Below are positions 48,553 to 62,050 of a stretch of DNA of 64,000 bases, in pieces. Both the position numbers and the translations under genes were made by a program. This DNA is from Negaprion brevirostris (taxonomy: Eukaryota). Location of the stretch: positions 51,389,522-51,453,521 of the forward strand of contig JARDVH010000042.1 in assembly GCA_030324005.1 (NCBI GenBank), given 5' to 3'. Below the pieces are notes generated by a model. That model saw only the letters and a list, made by a program, of their open reading frames with translations. It was not told where the DNA came from and did not search any database. Numbering within the stretch: position 1 is the first letter of the stretch; every line of letters starts with the position of its first letter.

Positions 48553-51500
48553 CTAACACAAATCCACTCTCGGAATAAATGGTGAAAACCCAGTGAGTCA
48601 AATGACATGCATACATTTCATGTGAATACCCAGTTTAAATCAGAAGTGGGAAGGCCATAATAAAATAACTTCTATTTAAACTGGTAAGCACTGAGACTTT
48701 AATCAGATGCTCAAGTTCACACTGATGAAAGACCCAAAAAGTACTTAACATGTGACAAACATAGACACAAATACTGATCAAAAGGCACTTGCAATATTGC
48801 ACTGAGCTCACAAGAGAAACAGTTTCAGTTTCTTCCATGTAAACCCATATAATCTGAGCAAGCCATGCACAGGAGTAATACATTTACACCACTAGGCAGG
48901 GGTACCCATGGAGGAGACTAAGTGCAATGAATGACACAAGAAATTAATTAATCTTTTCCCTACCCTTTCTTCTACTCTCTATTCAGCAGGTACACATACA
49001 TGTATGTGTAAGATTGTGAAGGGGAATCAGTCAATTTCCCTCGCTGCTGTTGCACTTGAGTGAGAGAATTTATAGGCAATCCCCATGTCATGGGACAACA
49101 GCCACCACTCCAAACACATTCCCACCATTATCAACTACAGGCATCTTAGAAATAAGGCACGCAAGTTATTTCAGTTCAGGCATCCTCTCTCACGGCAAAC
49201 TGTTCAATCTAAAGCACACTTTCAGTTCAGACCCCAACCGTGTCTGCCACATTTGTTCTTGCCACATTTAGGAAAGGAATCCCTGCCCTTCCAGTGCCCA
49301 GCTGGCATCCACAGCTTCCTGAACAAATACCCCGATTTCAGTCACACCGGAGAGCACGCTGATTCATATAGAAACAGCAACCCCAGGGATTCCATTCCTC
49401 TATTTTCGTCCCGCCTAATGACTTCAAAGAGCGAAGGAAAACGAACCGTTTAGGAACCAAATGGAGAAATATAATGGTAAAAGTGCAATGCAAGTTCATG
49501 TTTGGACATCTCTTGCCAGTGGTCACAGGGCTTTGTTACGGCAACTTTTACTTTCTCTCTTCCTGCTGACTCCCAAAAGAATAATCGCTTCTATGCAGAC
49601 AGGCAAGAAACTCATTTTCCCCCCATAATAGATGCCATCATTTTGAAGAAAACTTGGCTTTGCATTCATAGGAGTGTCTCTGACAGGTCTTCAGTGGGTA
49701 TTTATGTGATATGTTTTTAATGTAAAAAGAATCTGACAGTTTACATAAGGGATGTGACCTCGTGACTGCAACCCCTGGCTCTCTGATTTTCCAGATGGAA
49801 GCAGATTAGCCTCCAGCTTTCATCCTTTAACAGGAGGGGCTTTTAACTTCTGGCGTAGCAAAGCTGGTGGAAAAAGTGATCTTGGTGACTGTATAAGCCA
49901 CACAAAAGGGAGCATCNNNNNNNNNNAAATGTCTGCTAATGTCTATCCTTCACAATGCCCTCTTAAAAATCAACAGAAAAAAAGTTAATCTTGAAGTGAA
50001 AGGGCGACGGCAGAATTTAGTTCAACTGAATGCTTTCCTAGAAGTCAACATGAAAATGATTCTGCCAATGTCTTCTCCCTACAGAAAAGGTGTGAACTAC
50101 TCCACAACAATCCCCAAAATGTACCAGGAAAAGAATGGTGTGAGAGATTGCACTTAATACTTTTGGAAGAAAAGGAAATGGTAAAAAGAAAGACATGGGT
50201 GGCTAATCAAAGAGGACCAAAAGGTGACTGCACACTGTGTGAGCACATTTCCCACTTTACCCAAAGTCAGAAACTGAATAATCAGATTAGAACTGAGATG
50301 ACAAAAAAAATGTGTGGGGCACAGAGGGGGAATGGAAGCATCATTTACCATTTTTAAAAAAGTCATGGAGAGAAAGCTATGCATTTTCCCACCTCTGCAC
50401 GATAAGCAATTACCTCATCCTTAAAAAAATTACCTCATCCTTCACTTTATTTTCATTACTATGGCAACTCCATATAAAAGGGAGCTATTGTCTGGCATCC
50501 TAGCTGATTGAAGCTGCTCTCAATACCGCACACCTTAAAAATACAACTAAGCACATTCTTGTTGCCTTCGTTTTCATGTGGTCTTTTCTCTTAAAATGTA
50601 GAGTATCCGATAAACACTAGCAGTTAGTTCCAGGAATTGTTGTCACCAAGAACAACAACTGACAATAATGTTAAAACAATTCCCCCCCCCCACTGGTGTA
50701 AGGAAACAACACCCAAGTCCAATACTGGTAAGTTGGAACGACACAAATTACATTTTGACCTTCAATCTTTGGGAAGTAGAACTCCTTCAAAGATGTGAAA
50801 AATGATTTCAAAATAATCTTGAATTAGCTTTGCCGAATTTAGCAATAACAATGTCAAATAAAGTTTAAAATCTCCTTGAGGCTGAATTGGGTGTCTCAGT
50901 TGTGTATTTGCTTGGAACTGGTTCATATCTCCGTGTATTCAACCACTGTAGGAATGTGCTTAAATAAGGCACGGAGCTAATTACAATAGATTAGTGACTG
51001 TGCTCAATGGTAGCATAGAGCATGGCTGGTAAATGGACACTTACAAACAAGGTTGGAGGTTGCAGATCAAAGTGCTGGGGTCAGTAATGGCATAGACTGC
51101 TGCTGACTGACACTTCCTCAACTTAATGAATTCCTTGTAAACTCAGTGCTTGATTAGATCAGTCAAGTATAGCAAATTATAGAACTTTCTCTTTTCCAAG
51201 TCTTCTCCTTTGCACTGCTGAAACTGCTCTTGCTTAGACACAGCTCCATGGGTTCCGACAGCTCAATGGTACCCTAGCCATATTCTTCAGGTGAGCCTGA
51301 AAGGTGACGACAGACTATTCAAATGTTGGGAGATTTCACTTGGCATCCGTAGCATCTGTACTGTTGCTCCTTCAGAGTTCAGCTAATTCACCATAACCCA
51401 GGGAACTAATCTGGGCTTTTCATGATCTGGATAGCTTAGTCTCTCAAGGCTGTGTGTTGATTCACTAAACCATCAACGGAGCTTGCATTCTTTGCATCGA

Positions 51501-52119
51501 TAGAAACCTTATAGTTCTCTCATCACAGGAAATAAAAGGCATTAGTTTTAATGCTAAGAATAATACACAAGCAGTAGTGGGTACAATTGCTTCCCTGCAC
51601 TGCACTGTTAGTATTATCAAAACTGTGCTGTCTTTTGAATGGCTCTACCATTTTTGCTTTAAAAATCCTACTGCAGTCCAGTTCAAAGCCACCCTCTGAA
51701 AGTGAAGTTAACCTGTTATTGACGTGCGTACAGGACAAACTTGGGTTCATTATACAAAGCTCAAATACCTAAATTACTATCCATCCACCACCAACCAACA
51801 CCACCTACCAACACCCCCCCACCCCTTCCCCCCACAAGAATCAAACCAGATGAGCAGTTTTCCTCAGGTCAACGTCCAAAACCAGGAAACAGATTTATCT
51901 CCATAAAAGAGCAAGCTACATTGCAAACTCTTAAATAAACACAGCAATGTTTTCTTTTAATGGATGGAGATAGTTGATACTTTAAACCCACAGCAGGTGA
52001 GCATCACTCCCAATAGCTGGGACTTCGCAGGCTTGGTGCATAGCCCCAGCATTCACAGCTGATCTTTGCAGCACCATTTCAGGGCACTACTAAAGTATAT
52101 CCGAGCTGTTCACACTTAC

Positions 52120-52172
52120 AACTGCGCCAACTCTTTCAGAAATTTGTCTGATGCCATTATTCAAGAATCGTT
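52120..52172 (-). pseudogene. Candidate first coding exon (MASDKFLKELAQ)
   Basis: Acceptor tatttccacttaattcatag, ATG at 52157 in ATAATGG context, donor GTT/gtaagt. Confidence 0.35.
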
Positions 52173-53206
52173 CTATGAATTAAGTGGAAATAAGACCCAT
52201 CTTGCTGCTCTAGAATTTAGTTGGAAGTGCAGAAGTGTACAGATGTTAGAGATTAGCAGGAGAAACTGAAAAAGGTCTTTTGGCAGGAGCGTGGCTCACT
52301 TGCAAACCATATTCTTCTTAGATGTTAGCACAGCGCCTAGTTGGCATCTTTTCAAATCAACTTTACTGCCACTTTTTTAAACAATGCTAAATTTTTAACA
52401 GCTTAAAGAGGAGCCAAGACGACCTTGCAGGTGAAGACGAAATGGCAACATATCTTAAGGAATAAGAAATGCAGGTTTGGACTCATTGACTCTCAACATG
52501 CTTTACAGTTATTATGGTTGGGTGGCTCTGAGAATCCTAATGGGGTGGAGCTTGACATTGCACAATAGTGCAAAACAGACAATGCAACCAAAATTTTTTT
52601 AAAAAACAGGACATTTCCAAACAGGACTGCTGACTCACTATCACCTGCTTTGTACTAGTGCAGAAAGTCAAAATCAACCCCAGCAGCTGGATTGTTTGGA
52701 AGGAGTATTAAGTGAAAACAGACTACAGTGCTTTTTCTAAAGAGAAGTGAAAATCCCACGATGCTGTTGCCTCCCTGCTCACTTAACTGATGAATGATGG
52801 AAGGCCTGAAGAATAGGGAGGAAAACATCAAAATATTATTGAAAAGTTTGCACTAGAAGTCAAAATCTCCTCCCTTCCTCTTCGATAATGATAATGGCAA
52901 CAGATGAAGATTTTTGATATTATACTTACAACTCACTTTCCTTGGCCGAATGACAGCTGAGGGTTCAAAGATTCAGTTTAAAGAAAAGCTAAAAGTTGTT
53001 GTGGACACTTAATTATTTTTTAAAGCATATTTTTGCACAAAATGCTATGCTAAATGCAGTTATGGACCTGCGTGTTAAGAAAAAGAACAAACCTTTCCCA
53101 ACTTCGTCATTAACTGTTGATATCAAGTATTCCCATGTTAGCAACATAAGCCAGATGAAGAATACAACTTCTGCCTGCGCCGACTGGGTCATTATCTTGA
53201 TCCATG

Positions 53207-53590
53207 TTTTTTTTGTTTCGTTTTTATTCCAATTCAGTCAAGTCCAATTCAGAGTCTCAACAAGTTGGGACATTCCCGATCCAAGCTGACAAGACAGGGC
53301 TCTCACCTCCTGTCTTGGGCTTGATCTACATGATNNNNNNNNNNNNNNNNNNNNNNNNNNNNNNNNNNNNNNNNNNNNNNNNNNNNNNNNNNNNNNNNNN
53401 NNNNNNNNNNNNNNNNNNNNNNNNNNNNNNNNNNCCAACAAGTTGGGACATTCCCAATCCAAGCTGACAAGACAGGGCTCTCACCTCCTGTCTTGGGCTT
53501 GATCTACATGACCCAAGCTGATTGGAGTCGGCATAGCTCCTCCTCCAAGGCTTGATCTCATTTGCATCTTAGCCAAAAGACCGAGGTGCC
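53207..53590 (-). mobile_element. U2 snRNA-headed, multi-hairpin, A-tailed element (candidate SINE)
   Basis: CTCGGTCTTTTGGCTAAGAT...GATCAAG versus U2 5' CTCGGCCTTTTGGCTAAGATCAAG; A-rich 3' end at 53207-53226. Confidence 0.55.
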
Positions 53591-56500
53591 GCTTTTAAAA
53601 ATTGCTTCAAATGAAGCTAAAATGTGACCTCATGACTTCAACCAAGTACAGCATGTCGATACATGCTCTTTACCTTGTCCCAATCTATAATTGCTGGCAT
53701 TTGTCCATCTCCCAAAGTATTTCTGAATAATACTGCACTTTGTGATGGGTTGGGCCTCGAGAGCCCAGACTCTCATTTCAAGTAAATCTGACAACTATGA
53801 GAAGAGGGGGAGGGGGTGGGGGTGGGTGACATTCAACCATCCAGTTTGAGCTGCAGTCCAGTCCATAGTCACAAGGACTGCATGCTAACTCACAGTGCCA
53901 CCCAACCACAACAGCTTTATGACTGCTCTGAAAGACAAAACCATTCATTCCACAACACATAATAAAGACTTGTCTTGGTCATTTCTAGTCAAGTTTCAGA
54001 TCATATTATAGTCCTAACACGACTTCACAAGTAAATACTGATGAATTTGGGAGTGCGTTTCCCATCCAGTCACATTTGGCTACAATGCAGTCCCAAGGAA
54101 ATGGATCTCAATTAGATGAAAACTTTGAAGATTAGACTTCAAGGGTTAAATGTAGAGTTGGTTCAACTTTATGCCAATATGCAACAAAGGTATTGCTTTT
54201 GCCCATTTCATTCCCTTCTTATCCTTGTGCAGTGTTAATTCATGCTGGAGTACAGCACATTCAAATGACCTAGACTATGGAACGTGGCTATTTTGCCATT
54301 TTTAATTAATTAAAACTCTATTCAAACCACCCCCATCTCAGAATAACTGGGGCACACAGTCATATTCAAGGAGGCCTGACAGGAAGGGATGATAGATTAG
54401 ACTTCGCTCACATTGCAGATGCCAAGGTAGTTAAGGCAAAATTGTTTGAGGCCACCTGCTGGCTGGGAAATAAGTGAAAAGTAACACTTACTCATTTACA
54501 GGGATTCCTCCCTGTGTATTCAGAAAATAAACAACTTGCTGAGAGATAGATTGGCTTCTAGTCACTAGACTAACAGCAGCAGGATCTGTGGTGCCAAGGA
54601 TCAGCAGGCAACCACCGAGGAGAAGAAAGGCAAATGAAAGCCAGACAACTGCTCTCGTCAGACAATACGTGTGTCAAGGAAAACAAAACACTTCACTCTT
54701 TCAATAGCTTCAGGAATAAGAAAAAGTCCAAAAATACTGGATTGAAAAATAACATTGGAACATGCACAAAGGTAAGAGGAGGATAAATTGTTAAGAAGAT
54801 TTGAAGAGAACAATGAGTATACATGCACGGAGGGAGTCAGACTTTTAAACATGTTTAATGATGGTAAAGCAGCACCTGAAGTATCTAAATCAAAGGCATT
54901 TTAAATCAATGTATTACATAAGTATACAATTCTACACCCATATGTATATACCACCCAGACACTAACGTTGCCAATGCTGGTTTGTGTGTGCATGAAGCCC
55001 CAGATATGTCACAAAATTTCTTAATACTAATTTCACTTACTTCTTTGAAAGCATTGGAAGACTCTATTAAGGTTTCAAAGAATTTTCTTTATTGACAAAG
55101 CATAGCTGAGGCTAAATCGCAAGTCCACTGACCACCTTCACCAACCACCCCCCCGCCACTCCCCCCCAACCTGCCTTCTTTTACCGACTCCCTGCTTGGT
55201 TTTGTATTTGGCAAAAAAAATTGACCCTATTCCTTACTTTAATTCTGAGTTTCCTTAGTTGAAATTGTGTGATTGGGGTTTTCTGTAGTCACTTTCATCC
55301 TATTAAATATTTCCAATCTGCTTTAAATCTTAACCCCAAGAGGAAGGATTACATCCTTTTGGTATATTGGCTGCTGTAACTAGGTGGGGTAAATAATGGA
55401 TAAATCCCAGATGGACAGGGAAAAGCAGGAGAATCGCAAAGCCAGAAATGCACATTAACAGGAAGAAACATTTCATGGTCAAAATTGAAGACTGATCAAA
55501 GAAAAGGAATGTGTGTGTTTAAGTTTCCCCTAACTTGATCCCTACTGAACTGCAACTGAAAAGTTCAAGGTAGGATTTTCTTTCCATTAAGGTGTTTCTA
55601 TGCTGGCTCTTTAGGATGCCCTTTGCTCTTTTATAATTCGTTACAGATTGTTGCTTGTTTTCATTTGAAAGGCTGGTCAGAACCTTCTATTGGAGCCTTG
55701 TTTATTGTTTGCATTGGTAATAGCCATTAATGCTGGAAGCGGGTGAAAGGATTTTTGTCCAATGTATTTCTATAGTCAGACATTTAGTACTTGTTTGATT
55801 TGGACATGCACAATTGTGTCATTTTAATGAGGGGATATCCAACTGGCCAGACAAGGTTGTTTGAAATCGCTTCTTTTTAAATTCCAGAAAATTATACCAA
55901 TTTAAAATGTTTTTCTCTTCTCACAGAACTATCATACAGCAGCACATAGCAACTCAAAAGCATTGAAAAGTTGACACAATTAACGCCTTGTCAACCACAA
56001 TGTTTATTGGGAGGAAACAGTGGGCTGGGAATCCAATGCTTTGTGCGGTGAGTGCAGGTGGTCATTTTAAGCAGCTTCTTGTGAGAGAACCCATTGATCT
56101 ACAGAAAGAAAATTTTAACTCCATTCAGATGAACTGCTGATCTGACAGCGTTTCCAATATTAAAACAGTCAGCCACATCTAGACGTCAATAAACCGCCTG
56201 CCTGGCAGAATCCAACATGGCGCCAGACACCTGGCCCATGGTGATCTTTCTCTATGCGTTTGAAGAATTTAGTCTAGGAAGAGTCAATACGAAAGTCGTA
56301 ACATTTAATCTCTTCAAAGACAACACTGGAACAATCATGGCAGACCCCGCTGTCACCAAGTTTGCCTTGCCCAGAACAACTGATTCCTGGATCCCACAAT
56401 CTTAGTGGGAAAGCCTGGTTTGGTAAGAGCATAGGTGGGGAGGTCAGCCTATTACAAGGTGTCCTTGATTCTGTGATCCATGCTCCTGGAGGGTCAGCGA

Positions 56501-57067
56501 TTATTTTTCTTTTATCTTCATGTAAGTAAGCAGCATTGCACCAATGAAAACTGTTGCTTCTCATTTGAAATTTTCACATGCCAGCACTTCTGTTTAGCAA
56601 TCATGCTGCAGAGGTAATTTGTTCTGAACCTCCTTTTGAGTGGATCAAGATCCAGGGATTGTGGTTGGATAGCGGTCAGTACCTTTGTTTAAACAGCAGG
56701 CAAAGTAATTTCAGTCAAAGATGCTAAAGCAATCTTTATTAAATTCACACAATGCAAATTCAGTCCCCAGGCCTTAAACAATGCGAATGCATTCGCACGC
56801 ATGCCACAGGTTTGAATAATTCGTTCTTGCACATACCTGGTGAAGACGTTAACCAGCAATGTACTATAGGCTTCCTAATCAGGCAACCATTGCTGTTGCT
56901 CACAATTCCATGGGTAAGATTCTCTAACCTTGCCCACAGTTGGGATTTTCGGATTCCGCCGCAGTAAATGGCATTTCAGTTGAGTGCCAAATACTCCATT
57001 CGTGCTGTCAGTGCCTGCAGAGCACACCAGACTGGAAAACTCCAGCTCATATTCAGGGCTGAATTCC

Positions 57068-57297
57068 AGCTTTGGATCACTGTCTATGTGGAGTTTGCAC
57101 ATTCTCTCCATGTCTGCATGAGTTTCCTCCGACATTCCAAAGATATGCCGGTTAGGTTGCTTGGCCACACTAAGTTGCGCCTTGGCATCAGGGGGACTGG
57201 CCTGTTGAATGCATTGGTTTACAGGAAAGGGGTGGGAGTGTCGTTNNNNNNNNNCGATGGGCCAAATGGCCTTCTTCTGCACTGCAGGGATTCTAAA
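57068..57297 (+). mobile_element. HE1 SINE, partial
   Basis: V-domain plus GATGGGCCAAATGGCCTTCTTCTGCACTGCAGGGATTCT tail. Confidence 0.85.
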
Positions 57298-58217
57298 GAA
57301 GCTGACAGTTTGCATATGTGGTACACGGCCACTGCTTGATCAACATATTCTGGTATCCTATTTCCAACATTGTACGTAGAAAACAGCACACACTGAAACT
57401 GTCCTACACAGAGTGGAATAATGCTTTAATTGTTGCCCAGATTTTTAATAAAATGGGGCTATAGAATGGCAAGGCTGCCTTTGGCATAAAGAAAAAGCTG
57501 GAAAGACTCTCCAAACAAGGAACATCAGCTGTTTGGAATCAACTTGTAAGCATTTAGCAATGGTGTAAATTGAGCCTCGACACCCCTAGGGTCCTCTCTT
57601 TAATCCTCTTTTAGTATTTTTTTGTACAAAAGCAAGCAACCTCCTTCCACACAACAGCACTGAACTAATGGCCATAATCTGCAGAATCTGGTCAAGAGCT
57701 GAATTATAACACTTTGACATTGCTGCACTGGGGGTTCAAGAGAGCACTGTGATGTCAGCTCCAAGTACTATTTTCCACACTTACATCTCACCAGCTGCAT
57801 TCTAAATCAAACGTCAGCCAGACCAGAAACCAGCAAATCCAGCAGCTTATTCAAAAAGTGGGTTTCGTCTGCCTCCTGAATAAGGTAAATTGTCACCTTT
57901 CATGTTTTCAAGTGCAGCTAACATTGAAAGAATATTGTGGGCATTATTCCCTGCATTATTACAACAGACACACTGGGGCTACAGTTCCCAAATTTAATCA
58001 GAAAAATGTCCCTAATTTAAGTCATGACTACATGTTAAACTTAGAGTCATTAACTCTGGGGCTCTCCATTTTTTTTTGCATGGAATCCAAATTGCTGCAA
58101 CCCCCTTCAGAATAAAATCATTGTATATTCCAACCTTTGCCATTACTGCCCTGTAAACAACTGACCAATAGCGAAAACATTGAATGGTTGTGACTATGTC
58201 AGTGTCCTATCAGAGGT

Positions 58218-58463
58218 ACTTATTTATTAGTGACACAAGTAGGTTTACATTAACATTGCAATGAAGTTACTGTGAAAATCCCTGGAGTTGCCACACTCCG
58301 GCACCTGTTCGGGTACACTGAGGGAGAATTTAGCATGGCCAATGCATGTAACCAGCACATCTTTTGGATTGTAGGAGGAAACCCACACAGACAGAGAATG
58401 TGCAGACTCCACGCAGATAAATCACCCAAACCAGGAATCGAACTCTGGGAGTTCGATTCCTGG
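58218..58463 (-). mobile_element. V-SINE, alternative tail
   Basis: Reverse complement of tail and V-domain. Confidence 0.9.
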
Positions 58464-58734
58464 NNNNNNNNNNNNNNNNNNNNNNNNNNNNNNNTGCCCC
58501 ACTTGTTTGATATTATGTTTATTAGAATTTGTTAAGATTATGAATTTATTTCTGCACACATTTGTAGAGCTCTTGGTGTCTGCAGCAATCACTGGATGTT
58601 GAGTTTGTTAACTTTCACCTTCAATTGTGGACTCCATGTTAACTAGCACTATGTGACTCCCTGTCCTCATGTATTCTAGGTAACTGTCTTCACCCAGCAA
58701 AGCTCAAGGTTCTGCAGCTTCCTACCCAAGGTCC

Positions 58735-59188
58735 CTGTTCATGCACTTGGAGTATCCCATCCACTTTCTCTCCATTTCCCTTGATCCCTTTAGTTATAAG
58801 GGCCATTTCCAACTCCCTTTTGAACATATCTCTGGCCCCAAAGCTTTTGAAAATAGAGAATTCCACATATTTACAAGTGAAGAAATTCTTCCTCATCTCA
58901 GCCCTGAATAGCTTATCCCTTAATCTTAGACTGTAAGCCCTAGTCTGGACTTCCCCATCAGGAACATTCTTCCTGCAATTAGCCTGTCCAGTCCCAGAGT
59001 TTTATATGTTTCTATGGGATCCTTTCTCATTTCTCTAAGCTCTAGTGATCACAAGCCCAGTTGATCCAGTCTCTCTTCGTATGTCAGTCCTGCCATTCCA
59101 GGAATCAGTCTGGTGAACCTTCGCTGGACACCCTCAACAGCAAGAATGTCCTTCCTCAGACAAGGAGACCAAAACTGCACACAATACC
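58735..59188 (-). mobile_element. CR1 ORF2 3' fragment
   Basis: YCVQFWSPCLRKDILAVEGVQRRFTRLIPGM...MRKNFFT...GIKGNGEK. Confidence 0.9.
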
Positions 59189-61570
59189 TTCTGAAGATCC
59201 ATGTAAAATCAACCACTTTTGATCATGTTTCTTAAAACTTTCCTTTCTTGGCTCAGGGTCATTTTTTATTTACACTTCCACAAAAGAAATTGGGGGATGT
59301 TGCTACATTAAAAATGCTATATAAAAACAAGTTGCCGTCAAAACCAATGAATTGCCGATAATTCCATAGATGCCAGCAATCCTTCAGTGCTTCCTCTGTT
59401 TGGGAGCCAATTCTATAAACTGCAGTCATCCTGAATGCTGAGCAGATGCACTCAAGAAAATATTGTCTGTAGGTGGTCTAACTAGCAGTCGTTAAAGTGA
59501 ACCCTGGAGGCCACGATGAGAAAGGTACGTCTTTTTAAAATAAACAACGACTGAATACATAATCAGGAGATGCAGCAGCGCATCTCCCTTGTCCACTGCA
59601 AGGTTGCAGACTTCAAATGCACCCACGTCCTCCAGAACATACCAAAGGATGTCTCAAAATTGAAATGTTCTTCCATCTGGGAGGGCCCAAAAGGTGTTTA
59701 TTGCTCACCAATCTCATGTAAATAATACCCGTGGCCTAATATCAGAACGGCCTTGGGCAACACCTTTCCAGCAGAGGATTCATTCCATGTCCAATTTCTA
59801 AGTCTTCATTTTATACAAAAGAACTGTCTGATGAAACAATTGTGTTGCTTAACTATCCAGGGAAGATGAAGCCTTGAAGGAGATGTCATTAAACTGCAAT
59901 ATTTAAAACAGCCATTAACTGAGAGTTCATACTACAAAAAAGAGTTAAGAACATAGTATTATTTCAGTTTCTATCTCAACTAAATAAAGAAATCTAACAG
60001 AAAAATATAAGGCATGAATAATGTAGGAACAGCATTTACCGCAATAGAGTTATGGTCTAGTTGTTGTAGGAATGTTTATCTATTGAATTTTAAAACAGGA
60101 TACTGATGGGTAATATGACAAAGAACAAAATGTTTTACAGCACTTAAACAGACCTACGGAATAGTAAACACACTAAACAAGAAGGGACATTGACACAATT
60201 AACTCTTACAAAGGAACTGACTCAGCAGAAATGAGTGCTTCTCAGGTCTTAAAGTGGCTGGGTCAATTGAATTTTTAATACTTTATTCTGAAAGTGGCAC
60301 CATTTTAACAAGCATCCTGGTGCAGTATATTTACTGAGCAGCATGGCTCACATAACATGAAAAAATCTTCAAGTTACCACAGAGCTATTTCCCCCCATCC
60401 CACAAATCCCCTGTCACCAGCCCCCTATCAGGATAGGGTCACCGACTCGACAGTTCAGGGTGATTTTGTTTTAGTGTGAAGGAAATTGGAAGTTTTAAGG
60501 AATAACTGCCCAATAGGGCAAAGCCCAATACTTAATGCCTGCAAAGAACAACCAGGCAGCATGGGCAGCACCGTGGAGTAACATGAAGCTGCCTCATCCT
60601 TTGAATTCTCCACATGATGCTGAGCCTCCAGGAGGGCAAGTTTCTAGTCCCACAAAATAGCCAGGTAGTTAATTCCAAAACTCAGTATGTAAAAGAAACT
60701 GCAAAACAAAAGACCACTCACCTCTAAACTGGCTACGTTACTTCCATTGGATGGCACCATCCCATTCTGCTGCAGCAGGAGTCATGGCAGCTGGAGGCAC
60801 CTAACTGGGCAACAGTTAAAAAATCTGTTTCTCGATTGAAATAAGCTGTTTGAATTTTGTTCTCCTGACTCTTATGGCGGGTCAAAACCTCCCAATGAAC
60901 AAAGTTGGAAACTCTATTTGCACGCTTCAGTATCTCACACTTGCTTGTTAAAAGGATAACGCGCCAGAATTAAGTTCACCCTCTAATTTAAGTTTCCCAC
61001 CAGCAAGAATTTAGAATCTCTGAATACAAGTGGTGTGAGCCTGGCAAACTTCAATTCTTCCACTACCTTTGACGCTGGACACAATAAGCAGGCTAAGCAG
61101 GGGAGGTGGTGTGAATGAGTGCCTGGGGAGAAGAGGGAAAGAGTACCTTAAAGGGCAGTGCAAGTGGTGGGGTCAACTCAGGACATTGGTGGTAGATCCA
61201 AGTAAGAGTTCTGGGTAATGAGTGGGTGTGGGGGGTTCAAGAGTGACAGAAGGAAGAGAAAAATGATATTGGGTAGGTCTAAGATGATGGAGGTGGGGGG
61301 ACAGCAATTGATGGGTGGCAGAGAAGGTTATGGACCAGTCAAGAAGATAACATATACACCATTTTTGAAATCTGACCTTGATCATGCAGTTAGTCAGTGA
61401 AATCCCTTGAAGCGGAGTGAGACTTTTTGGGTGGGAGGGAGTTCAGGACAGCATACGTGGCCAACTAAAGAGATGCCCAAAGAATTGAGGCAACTGAATA
61501 TTGACAATGCTCAGTTGTGTTCTCCTGTCTACGTGAAACCCATATGGCAGCAGGTTTGTACCCGATACAA

Positions 61571-62050
61571 GGGGTGGAATTCTCCTAATTTGAGGCTTGG
61601 TGCCATGGCAGGAGCAGGAATGTGGAGTGTTTCGCGTTATGGCAGCCAGCAAGAAAACACAGCAAATCTTCCAACCCCAGCCTGATTAAGTATGCACCCA
61701 GGTGTTTAAGCCATATTCAGTGGCAGGAAGCTCCGAATGGCATGTAGTCTGCATAACTACATATTGAAAAGGCGCCCAACATTACTGACCCACACTAATG
61801 AAGAAAGATGACGATGGATCAGCTGAAAAAGATGACTAATCGTTAGGAACAATCTGAGGCTTTCATCTGCACACCATTAATGGGATGCAAATGAGGTTAA
61901 AGGCGGCTTCTTGGTGGGTTTTTCAATTTGACAGTGTGCATCAACAGAAGATTCTGCTGTAAATTCGCAGCAGCGGCAAACCGATTTCTGGCCCTCCCGC
62001 CATATTCTCCCACTGGGCCCGCCATCGAGAGCTTGGGAGAAATCCATCAA
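61571..62050. mobile_element. Non-autonomous TIR element (PIF/Harbinger-like, inferred)
   Basis: ggtggaattctcc...ggagaaatccatc inverted termini. Confidence 0.5.

Noticed and set aside
53258-53510. Tandem duplication of the hairpin element
   Set aside because: The duplicated ~75 bp flank a 100-N gap and differ at only a few positions; likely an unmerged contig or haplotype overlap
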